Sequence record: SRR31156797_4650
Strand: one strand, 5' to 3'
DNA length: 64,000 nucleotides
Position 1 is the first letter of the stretch. The number at the start of each line of letters is the position of its first letter. The notes under the pieces were generated by a model that was not told where the DNA came from, made no database searches, and saw nothing but the letters and a program-made list of their open reading frames with translations. Below are positions 38,401 through 46,880 of this stretch, one piece after another. The position numbers and the translations under genes are program-made.

Positions 38401-39594
38401 ATGCGTATCAGCACATCACAAATATTTTCCCAGTCTCTCAACCAGATGAATACCGCGCTCAATGATGTAGCGGAACTCAACATGATGGAATCCACTCAAA
38501 AAAAAATCAACAGGCCGTCAGATGATCCCGCCGGAATGGCGAATATCATGAACCTGAACGCTTACGATCAATCCCTGAGTGGCTACATGGATAACTGCGG
38601 TACTGCCACGGACAGTCTTGATTTGGCAGATCAAGCATTAATGCAGGTCAGTGAAAATATCATAGCTGCCATGGAACTGGCCGAACAGGGATCGACCGAA
38701 ACATACACTGATGAACAGCTCCAGATGATGGCTCTGGAAATGGAAAGCTACCTCGACAGTATACTCGCCATTTCCAACACCCAAATGGGGGCGGACTCTC
38801 TCTTTGCAGGAGACGATCTCGGCAACAATGCATACGAAATGGGCCTTGGAGTCACGTTGCCAAATGACTCATTGAACGACGCGGACTTTGCTTCCATGAC
38901 CGGTGAAATCGACAGCACGGTCCACGTCCAATTCAGTGAACCAGGTGTCATCGGAACTGATGAAATCGACTACCAATATTCCACCGATAACGGTCAGACA
39001 TGGACAACCGCCACACTTGCGGCTGGCGACACGACCATTGATGTCGGGACCGCCCAGATTGATTTTACCACAGGTACCTCGGTAACACCGGCTGACGGCA
39101 ACGGGAATGGTACGGAATTCTATCTGCGAGAAACGGCCCATTACACCGGAAGTGACACAGCCATGTCCGTTGCCATTTCCGAAAACACCAATGTGGATAT
39201 GACCACCGTGGGCAGTACTGTCTTCGGCGGTGTCGACCCGGCAACCAACATGCCTTACACAGAACCCAATCTCTTCGAGACCTTAAGCGACTGCATCGTC
39301 TACATGGAAAACGGCGATCAGGATGCAGTGGCCGCATGCCTCGACGATCTGCGCGACGCTCATGAAAATGTCGAAACGGGTTCAGCCAACGTCGGCGCGA
39401 GAGAAAACAAGATTTCCTACACTGAGCAATCCTTGGGGCTGATCCGGGAAGTGACCACAAACAGTATCAGCCGCGAGGAAGACGCCAACGCAACTCAACT
39501 GATTGTCGAGCTTGAACAGGCCAATTACGTCTATGAAGCTGTGCTCAGATCGACTGCTGATATCATGAAAATGAGCATACTCAATTATATTTAA
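38401..39594 (+). CDS. flgL: Hook-associated protein FlgL (acidic paralog)
   Basis: MRIST, KKINRPSDDP, LFAG, VGAREN motifs; C-terminal SILNYI. Confidence 0.93.
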   Translation: MRISTSQIFSQSLNQMNTALNDVAELNMMESTQKKINRPSDDPAGMANIMNLNAYDQSLSGYMDNCGTATDSLDLADQALMQVSENIIAAMELAEQGSTETYTDEQLQMMALEMESYLDSILAISNTQMGADSLFAGDDLGNNAYEMGLGVTLPNDSLNDADFASMTGEIDSTVHVQFSEPGVIGTDEIDYQYSTDNGQTWTTATLAAGDTTIDVGTAQIDFTTGTSVTPADGNGNGTEFYLRETAHYTGSDTAMSVAISENTNVDMTTVGSTVFGGVDPATNMPYTEPNLFETLSDCIVYMENGDQDAVAACLDDLRDAHENVETGSANVGARENKISYTEQSLGLIREVTTNSISREEDANATQLIVELEQANYVYEAVLRSTADIMKMSILNYI

Positions 39595-39604
39595 GGAGGA
39601 AGTC

Positions 39605-41326
39605 ATGGGATACGTCTCTTCTGTTTCCAGTAATGTCATTGCATACGAGCCTGTTACGACCTCTGGTGAAGTCTCATTCTCAGGACTGGGTAACGGGACG
39701 GACTTCCAGGAAATCATCGACGTCACCATTGATTCCGAAAGCTATCAAAAAGAAGAGTACGAAGCCCAAAAGACTGAAACAGAATACATAATCAGCCTTT
39801 TGGAACAGTTGGAAAGCGAAATGGATGAACTCAACACCTCGCTGAAAGACTTGGACGAACCTGACGAATTCTACACCATGGAAGGAACCAGCAGCGGCGA
39901 TGAGGTCGATGTGGAAGTCACTGGCGAAGCGGATGTTGGCGTACACACTGTCATTGTTGACCAGTTGGCCCAAAATGACATCTGGATAAACAGCGCACAA
40001 GGATACGATGCGGAAACTACTGTTGTCGCAGATACGGCCACAACTCTGGATATAACATTTCAGGGAGACACCATTTCCATTGATGTAGCCGCCGGGACCA
40101 CTCTTCAGGGACTTGTGGACACCATCAACGGCAGCGTGGCCGCACGCGACAAGGTCGAGGCCGACCTCATGTTTGACGGCGACAGTTATTACTTCGTCCT
40201 GAAAAGCACCGACTCCGGCGAAAATAACGCCATCACCATCGACAGCACGGGTTCACTGAACGGCATGGACCCGACTGGGTTCGCCCACACCCAGACAGCG
40301 CAAAACTCAAAAATCAAGGTAGATGGATTCCCGGATAATCCAAACCAATGGATAGAACGCGACACCAATTCCATAGATGACGTAATAAACGGCATGACCC
40401 TTGATCTCAAAGAGACAACTGGAAGTGATGGAGTCAAGATATCGGTGGATTACGACACTGACGGGATGCTCGACACCATCATGGATGTGGTAGCCGACAT
40501 GAACCAGATCATTCTCGACATTCAGGTTCTGACAGGTCGCGTCACTGAGGAGGAAGACCCGGAAACGGAAGCCTATACAATCGACAACTACGCCATGGAC
40601 ATCATGTACAACGAACTCAAAAGCATCCTGTCATCAGGCGCACTCGGGTTCACACGATATGACGAAGATGAAGGTGGAGATTATTACAACGCTCTGTCAC
40701 AAATTGGATTTTATACTGACACGGATGAAGGATCTGACACATTCGGTCAATTGCTCGTGGAAGAAGACGAATTACAGGAAGCCTTGGACACCGATCCCGA
40801 AGCTGTGGCCGCATTATTTTCCGAAAGCGGTGTTGGCGAATCAGACAGTGACGACTTCCAAGTCATCTCTGTCATCGATTCCGTAACGCCTCCGGGTGAT
40901 CATTCGGTTGAATATACCATTTCCGGTGGAGCGATCACCTCGGCAACTATTGACGGCAAAGAAGCTGAAATTGACGGCTGGACCATTCTCGGCACCGATT
41001 CGACCTCAACCGGTTTATTTATCTCGGTGGGAGACCATAGCGACGGGGACTATTCTGGCACGGCACGGGTAAAGCAGGGCAAAATCGGTGAAATATCAGA
41101 CGCCCTTGATGCCATGTCAGATGAAGATACTGGAACCCTGTCCATTCTCATCAAAAACTATGAAGAAAGCGTCACTAGTCTGGACAATCAGATATACAAT
41201 GAAGAAAAACGACTCGACACATTGGAAACATCACTGACACGCAAGTACGCTGCTCTCGATGCGACTTTAAGCACTTACGAAAACCTCAGCGCCATGCTCA
41301 CGAGTCAATTGGCACAGCTTGATTAA
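39605..41326 (+). CDS. fliD: Flagellar filament cap FliD (acidic paralog)
   Basis: FSGLGNGTDF, VDQLAQ, AQNSKIKVDG, LSQIG motifs; C-terminal coiled coil KYAALD. Confidence 0.92.
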   Translation: MGYVSSVSSNVIAYEPVTTSGEVSFSGLGNGTDFQEIIDVTIDSESYQKEEYEAQKTETEYIISLLEQLESEMDELNTSLKDLDEPDEFYTMEGTSSGDEVDVEVTGEADVGVHTVIVDQLAQNDIWINSAQGYDAETTVVADTATTLDITFQGDTISIDVAAGTTLQGLVDTINGSVAARDKVEADLMFDGDSYYFVLKSTDSGENNAITIDSTGSLNGMDPTGFAHTQTAQNSKIKVDGFPDNPNQWIERDTNSIDDVINGMTLDLKETTGSDGVKISVDYDTDGMLDTIMDVVADMNQIILDIQVLTGRVTEEEDPETEAYTIDNYAMDIMYNELKSILSSGALGFTRYDEDEGGDYYNALSQIGFYTDTDEGSDTFGQLLVEEDELQEALDTDPEAVAALFSESGVGESDSDDFQVISVIDSVTPPGDHSVEYTISGGAITSATIDGKEAEIDGWTILGTDSTSTGLFISVGDHSDGDYSGTARVKQGKIGEISDALDAMSDEDTGTLSILIKNYEESVTSLDNQIYNEEKRLDTLETSLTRKYAALDATLSTYENLSAMLTSQLAQLD

Positions 41327-41580
41327 TTCCGGGGACGATCTCTCTTTTCCGACGATATGAACCTCAATCTCCGACTCCCAACTTCACGAGAGTCGGACGT
41401 GTGCTCAGATTTTCTGCACTCATCGCCAGTAGATGCATTCGTAGCATTCTTGCGCATTATCCGCCTCAACACATCCACAGGAATTTCGACCGGCAATATC
41501 ATGGCAACCCACCATTTTCATTTCATTAAAAAAGGGCCGCATCTGTTGACACAGCCCTGATTTCAGTCTTGCCAAAACGT

Positions 41581-42042
41581 TTAGGCACTTACATCCAATC
41601 CAGTTGATAAGGATTGATTATAGTCACCGCCAAACATGGCGTCCTGCATTCGGCCATACTGTTCAATGCCTTGGGCTTGATTATCGCCGGAGTTACCTCC
41701 GGTCATATCCATCAACTGTTGGAAAGCCTGAGAGCCTCCGTTAAGTTTAATACCACCCAAGCCATTGCCCCCACGTCCCGCGTCAAGTTCTTCCTGCGAC
41801 ACAAAACCATCTTCATCGGTATCCAATGGGTCAAGTTCTTCGGTACTGTCCGAAGAATCTGAGGCTTCAGAAGAGGATGCGCCAATCTGACTCAAAAGGT
41901 CATCACTATCGGCATCCAACGCATCCGCAAAATCCGAACTTTCTGACGACGCTTCGGGCGGGGGCGGAGGCGACTGCATGCCACCCTGCATTCCCATCAT
42001 TCCGGCCATGGAACTCATCGAACTCATAGAGCCAATTTCCAT
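41581..42042 (-). CDS. Low-complexity acidic EF-hand protein (153 aa)
   Basis: RBS AAGGAG, ATG at 42042. Met/Ser/Gly-rich N-terminus, poly-Pro, degenerate loop DADSDDLLSQIG and canonical loop DTDEDGFVSQEE. No signal peptide. Confidence 0.8.
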   Translation of the reverse strand: MEIGSMSSMSSMAGMMGMQGGMQSPPPPPEASSESSDFADALDADSDDLLSQIGASSSEASDSSDSTEELDPLDTDEDGFVSQEELDAGRGGNGLGGIKLNGGSQAFQQLMDMTGGNSGDNQAQGIEQYGRMQDAMFGGDYNQSLSTGLDVSA

Positions 42043-42233
42043 AAGGCATCTCCTTGAATCATCCACTCCCGTTTTCACGGCCCGGCAACAGCCGATATGA
42101 CTGTCTCCCCTCTCCAAAGGCGGGCGTGCGAAAAGGAAGCGAGGTACTTGATACTATTATCGCATACCCCACCCAGAACGTTACTAGGATTTTATTAAGA
42201 AGTGTTCAGAAAACCGGAAGGTCGAACCTGCCA

Positions 42234-43295
42234 TTACAGTTGAACAGTATTCAAAACCACGGAAAGAGCCTTGAACCAGAACTCAACATCATCGCCGTGT
42301 TGCAAGTCAAGATTCCTGGCACTCTGTTCAGAAATAAGCGCACACACGTCAGAACCATCCGGTAGGCGCCCCAACACTTCTGAGAGCACGGGAGAATCGG
42401 TCACACGAATAACAGTCCCCTTGAATCGATTCCTCGCACTGCCAACCGGTGTTTTACGGCACGAAATGACGTTGACCAGCGGGGCCTTGACTGTAGCAAT
42501 GACAGGCGCACCTTTCACGAGCTTCAAATTCCGAAGACTGTCTGCGGTAATAACGGCGGAAAGTATCATGCCCGATCTTGTTTCCATCGTCACTTCCGCC
42601 ATGACCGAATCCTCGACAACACCGACAACATGACCAACAAAAGAGTTCCGCGCACTGGTCCGTTTACGCATGACATTATGGGCTGTCCGCACAATGGACT
42701 GCATATCACCTGTCGAAAACTGTTGGAAATTCGCCGTCAAATCGAGCGAAGACTGACCAAGGACTTCCTTAACAATCGTGATGGGGACACCGCTGCGAAG
42801 CATCTCCACGGCCCGTGTGTTGCGCAAAGATTTTGGACAAACATGGTCTTTGGTCAATCCGCATTCCTTCCCGCGAGCATAACAGATACGCCGAAAGTAC
42901 CCAGGGTCAACTTGAAAAAACGTCCCTCGCAAGCCACATCCCAACGGCCCTTCAAGAGCTGCCATTACCTCGGTAAACAACTCGTTTGAAAGTGGCACTT
43001 CCCGAATTCTTCCTTCCCGTCCCAAACGAACAAACGGTCCTTCAGCATCAAAGGCGGTTGTATCATCAAGAGAAAGTATCTCTCCTAAGCGCGCACCTGT
43101 ATGCCTGAGCATCAAAAAGATGAGCCACATGCGCTCCCTTGCCTGCACACTGTCCGCACGAACTGCCGCGATCTTCCACTCCTTGAACGCCTGTTCAAAA
43201 TCACGCATTTCAGACGGTTCCAGATAATTCACATGCTCCGACACATTAAAAAAGTCTCGGGGGTAGGCCTTGCTGGATGATTTGACACTGCTCAT
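42234..43295 (-). CDS. tunR: TunR-family Mo/W-responsive regulator (inactive tyrosine-recombinase fold plus 2 TOBE domains)
   Basis: TGARLGE and a degenerate box II, followed by two SARN TOBE/Mop repeats; divergent from modCAB. Confidence 0.85.
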   Translation of the reverse strand: MSSVKSSSKAYPRDFFNVSEHVNYLEPSEMRDFEQAFKEWKIAAVRADSVQARERMWLIFLMLRHTGARLGEILSLDDTTAFDAEGPFVRLGREGRIREVPLSNELFTEVMAALEGPLGCGLRGTFFQVDPGYFRRICYARGKECGLTKDHVCPKSLRNTRAVEMLRSGVPITIVKEVLGQSSLDLTANFQQFSTGDMQSIVRTAHNVMRKRTSARNSFVGHVVGVVEDSVMAEVTMETRSGMILSAVITADSLRNLKLVKGAPVIATVKAPLVNVISCRKTPVGSARNRFKGTVIRVTDSPVLSEVLGRLPDGSDVCALISEQSARNLDLQHGDDVEFWFKALSVVLNTVQL

Positions 43296-43313
43296 TGATG
43301 GTATCCCTTAAAG

Positions 43314-43388
43314 AGTCACGTTTTACACTGTTCGCGTGACTTGGTTGCCGAATAACAGAACAGAACATAGGAAAATTGTGAACGTGAC
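43314..43388. promoter_or_regulatory. TunR-binding sites
   Basis: AGTCACG-N14-CGTGACT at 43314-43341 and a degenerate GAACAT-N14-CGTGAC at 43363-43388. Confidence 0.72.
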
Positions 43389-43433
43389 ACAACCCCGCAG
43401 GCCACCCCAATGACCGAAAGGATACGAACAACC

Positions 43434-44126
43434 ATGAGTCTGACCGTTAATATCCATAAAAAGCTTCCACATTTCGATCTGCAAACCAAATTTTCTTGTG
43501 CTGCAGGAGAACTGACAGCCATTGTCGGTCCTTCAGGAGCAGGAAAAACTACACTTGTCCGCATCATCGCAGGACTTGAAAGGCCCGATGATGGAGCCAT
43601 CAAACTGAATGGGCATACATGGATAGATTCAACGACGGGGAGCTTTATTCCCACATGTAAACGTAAAATAGGATTGGTCTTTCAGGAATACACCCTTTTC
43701 CCACACATGACGATTCGACAAAACATCGCCTTTGGAGCCATTACGCCGACATCGGTTGCCCCTTTGATGGATACCTTTGGAATAGGACATCTCAAAGATC
43801 AACGGCCAGCCTCCATCTCGGGCGGAGAACGCCAGCGTGCAGCCTTTTGTCAGGCACTTGCCAGAGAACCGGATCTACTTCTGCTCGACGAACCATTCTC
43901 CGCTCTAGATACGGCCACGCGCACCTTTCTGTGCTCTCTGCTGTCTGATCTCAAAAAGGATCTCGACATTCCCATTCTTCATGTGACCCACGATCTCAGA
44001 GAAGCAGATCACCTTGGAGATAATGTTATTGCCGTGGAAAGTGGCCGTATCGCTCCAGACTGGTTCAACCGCCATCAACATGTACCACACGGATCGGCCC
44101 AGCTGACCGTCCCCTCATACTCATAA
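43434..44126 (+). CDS. modC: Molybdate ABC ATPase
   Basis: GPSGAGKT, ISGGERQR and LLDEPFSALD motifs; context. The start could be 43410. Confidence 0.88.
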   Translation: MSLTVNIHKKLPHFDLQTKFSCAAGELTAIVGPSGAGKTTLVRIIAGLERPDDGAIKLNGHTWIDSTTGSFIPTCKRKIGLVFQEYTLFPHMTIRQNIAFGAITPTSVAPLMDTFGIGHLKDQRPASISGGERQRAAFCQALAREPDLLLLDEPFSALDTATRTFLCSLLSDLKKDLDIPILHVTHDLREADHLGDNVIAVESGRIAPDWFNRHQHVPHGSAQLTVPSYS

Positions 44127-44131
44127 AAGGA

Positions 44132-44860
44132 ATGCATATGCGCTCAACTCGCACTCTCATCATCACGACTTTTCTTATCCTCTGCATGGCCACCGTTGCG
44201 TCGGCAGGAAACGCTGTCCTCGCATCCGGTGCAGGCTACAAGAAAATGGTCAACGCCCTGAACACAGCCTACACGAAAAACACCGGACAAACCGTGGACC
44301 TCCTCTTCGGCAACATGGCCCGCGTGACTACTTTGGCAAAAAAGAGCGGCAACGTGGACATCGTCCTTGGTGACGCATCTTTCCTGAGAAAGGCACAACT
44401 CACTTTTTCACAAAAACAAAAACTGGGTCATGGAAAACTGGTTCTCGCATTTGCCAAGAACCGCCCATATTCTTCGATTGCTGACTTGGACAAGGCCGGT
44501 CGCATCGCCCTGCCTGACACACACAAAGCCATTTATGGAAAGGCTGCACGGGAATTTCTTGAGTCTAACGGCAACCTTCCCGGCATTAAACCACGATTGC
44601 TGGAAGTATCCACCATTCCGCAAGTCTTCTCCTATTTGACGACTAATGAAGTGGACATGGGCTTCCTGAACCTCACACACGCACTGAACGTGGCCGACAA
44701 ACTTGGCGGCTATGTCATAGTTGATCAAAAAGGATACTCTCCCATCGTGATTCTCGCTGCCCTGCTCAAAGACAGTCGGCATATGAAACAGGCCAAAGAT
44801 TTTCTCCGTTTCCTCAAAACGCCCGAAGCCCAAACCATTTTGCGAGAAAACGGGCTGTAG
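44132..44860 (+). CDS. modA: Molybdate-binding periplasmic protein
   Basis: Signal peptide; GKLVL, IALPD...AIYGKAA and EVDMGF motifs; context. Confidence 0.85.
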   Translation: MHMRSTRTLIITTFLILCMATVASAGNAVLASGAGYKKMVNALNTAYTKNTGQTVDLLFGNMARVTTLAKKSGNVDIVLGDASFLRKAQLTFSQKQKLGHGKLVLAFAKNRPYSSIADLDKAGRIALPDTHKAIYGKAAREFLESNGNLPGIKPRLLEVSTIPQVFSYLTTNEVDMGFLNLTHALNVADKLGGYVIVDQKGYSPIVILAALLKDSRHMKQAKDFLRFLKTPEAQTILRENGL

Positions 44861-44865
44861 ACCGC

Positions 44866-45534
44866 ATGAACTTCCTTGATATTCTGGCACAACCGGAAAC
44901 CACCGGACCACTCGTCCTCACTCTCAAGGTGCTGGCAGTATCCGGTCTGCTCCATTTGGTGAGCAGTATCCTACTCGGCTATTATCTGACCTCAGGGAAA
45001 AGCACGATGCGTTCAGTGGTGGACTTTCTGGTCACCTTGCCGTTAGTCTTTCCGCCCATAGCCACAGGTTTCATTCTGCTCATCCTGCTCGGCAGAGCCG
45101 GGCTCATCGGGCAGGTCCTGCCAGTGGATATCGTGTTCAGCTTTCCGGGCGTGGTCATCGCCGCGTTTGTGGCCGGACTTCCATTGGTGGTCAAACCCGT
45201 GGAAGCCGCACTTCGGGGCAATGTCAAACAGCTGGCCGAAGCCTCACGGGTGCTTGGCAAGAGCGAATGGCAAACCTTCTGGTTCGTGTTGTTGCCCAAC
45301 GTCAAACGCAATGTCGCCTCAGGTTGGTTTCTGGCTCTGGGACGCTCTCTTGGAGAGGTGGGCATCACGCTGATGCTCGGCGGCAACATCATCGGCAGGA
45401 CCAACACCCTGTCCCTTGAGATTTATAACGCCGTATTCAGCGGCGAATTCGAGCGGGCACTGGTCCTGTCCGCTATCATCGGCATATTCTCACTGACCAT
45501 ATTCATCGCACTCAAAAAACTTTCCGCTGTCTAG
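44866..45534 (+). CDS. modB: Molybdate ABC permease
   Basis: LPLVFPPIATG and RSLGEVGITLMLGGNI.GRT.TL motifs. Confidence 0.92.
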   Translation: MNFLDILAQPETTGPLVLTLKVLAVSGLLHLVSSILLGYYLTSGKSTMRSVVDFLVTLPLVFPPIATGFILLILLGRAGLIGQVLPVDIVFSFPGVVIAAFVAGLPLVVKPVEAALRGNVKQLAEASRVLGKSEWQTFWFVLLPNVKRNVASGWFLALGRSLGEVGITLMLGGNIIGRTNTLSLEIYNAVFSGEFERALVLSAIIGIFSLTIFIALKKLSAV

Positions 45535-45542
45535 GAGCACAT

Positions 45543-46268
45543 ATGAAAACCACATTGGAAACCGTCCGCGACAAGGCCCTTGTTCTCTGGGGCAAAGAAG
45601 ATATCCTTAATGAAAGCATCACGGTTTCAGCCGGTCCCCTGACCGTCGAGGAAGCTATTGGCACCCCTGAAGAAAACGACTTTCCCATTCAGCAAGGTAA
45701 AGAAAAATTGATGGAGGCCGTCTTTCGCGGAGAACGCGGGCAAGCTTTTACAGATAACTACGGCAACTACACCGGCACCTTGAGCGATGTAGCCGCCTTG
45801 ACGCTGGACAACAACTTCAACCGTGCCGTGTTTGTCGCCACACTCAATGCCGTTTCCCGCTCGCTCGGCCTGGCAAAAGGCACAGTTCATTGCAAGGATT
45901 GCGGCCCCAAGGACTGTTCGAAGAAGATATTTGATCACATCAAGGAAAATTACGGGAAATGCCGCATCACCATCATCGGATTTCAGCCAGCACTGGCCGA
46001 AGCACTCAATAAGGAAACCGAAGTACGGCTCATTGACCTCGACCCGGACAACATCGGAGAGACAAAACGCGGAGTGCTTGTAGAAGGAGGCGAAGCCACA
46101 GCAGAAGCGATTGACTGGTGCGATCTATTGCTTGTCACCGGCACCACGCTTGCCAACAGCACCATCGATCTGTTCCTGACCAAAAAACCGGTGCTTTTCT
46201 ATGGCACCACCATCTCCGGCGGGGCCGCTCTCATGGAGTGGGACCGATTCTGCCCGCAGAGCTCCTAA
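45543..46268 (+). CDS. DUF364 (Rossmann-like) protein
   Basis: ATLNAV, IIGF.P, VTGTTLANSTI and FYGTT motifs; follows modB. Confidence 0.72.
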   Translation: MKTTLETVRDKALVLWGKEDILNESITVSAGPLTVEEAIGTPEENDFPIQQGKEKLMEAVFRGERGQAFTDNYGNYTGTLSDVAALTLDNNFNRAVFVATLNAVSRSLGLAKGTVHCKDCGPKDCSKKIFDHIKENYGKCRITIIGFQPALAEALNKETEVRLIDLDPDNIGETKRGVLVEGGEATAEAIDWCDLLLVTGTTLANSTIDLFLTKKPVLFYGTTISGGAALMEWDRFCPQSS

Positions 46269-46277
46269 GAAGTCGAT

Positions 46278-46880
46278 TCAAAAAAAAGATGACAAATCGT
46301 CAGGGGAAACGTTGTCCGCAACCAACTCCAACCCATTATTCCCTGACCGAAACAATGTGCAATGGGCATAGTCGGGTTTGAAATGAAACAGGTCATCCAA
46401 AGGGTGACCTGTTACCCGACAAAGCACTGATCGAAGGACTCCCGCGTGCGTCACGGCCAAGACAGGACTCGCACTGTGCGCCAGTTCTTCTAGAGCAATC
46501 ATAGCTCGGTCAGCCACATCCGAAAAACTTTCACCGGACGGAGCGCGAAATGAACCAAATCGATCACCGCGTTCAGCATACTTCGCAAAATATTCTCGAC
46601 GGATCTGATCAAAGGGAAGACCATCCCATATCCCCATATCGATCTCATCCAGCGCAGGGATGGTGTCCACCGACATACCCAACTTCTGAGACAGTGGACC
46701 GATAGTATCCAAAGCCCGCTGCGCCGGACTCGCACAAAGTCGTTTGAACCCTATATCACACACTGAATCGACAAGAGATTCTGCCTGCTCGCGTCCGACA
46801 TTTGACAACGGCAACGGGGTTCTGCCGATGCATCGCCCTTTGGAATCTTCTTTCTGCGCATGGCGCATCAATACGATCAT
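46278..46880 (-). CDS. Histidine phosphatase family protein
   Basis: LMRHA, SP..RA..T, EIDMGIWDG, GES and THAG motifs. Confidence 0.88.
   Translation of the reverse strand: MIVLMRHAQKEDSKGRCIGRTPLPLSNVGREQAESLVDSVCDIGFKRLCASPAQRALDTIGPLSQKLGMSVDTIPALDEIDMGIWDGLPFDQIRREYFAKYAERGDRFGSFRAPSGESFSDVADRAMIALEELAHSASPVLAVTHAGVLRSVLCRVTGHPLDDLFHFKPDYAHCTLFRSGNNGLELVADNVSPDDLSSFF

Noticed and set aside
32304-41326. Complete second (lateral) flagellar system, or a decaying remnant
   Set aside because: No basal-body, export or motor genes, so it is not complete. All ORFs are intact with RBSs and tight spacing, so it does not look pseudogenised.
41761-41910. Lanmodulin call for the EF-hand protein
   Set aside because: The loops lack the position-2 Pro, only one loop is canonical, and there is no signal peptide.
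42091-42098. GCCGATAT sigma28 -10 box
   Set aside because: Wrong strand for the EF-hand gene, and no TAAA at the required spacing.
42234-43295. Phage integrase / genomic-island boundary
   Set aside because: Catalytic residues are degenerate, it is fused to TOBE domains, and no att sites or tRNA were seen; it is TunR.
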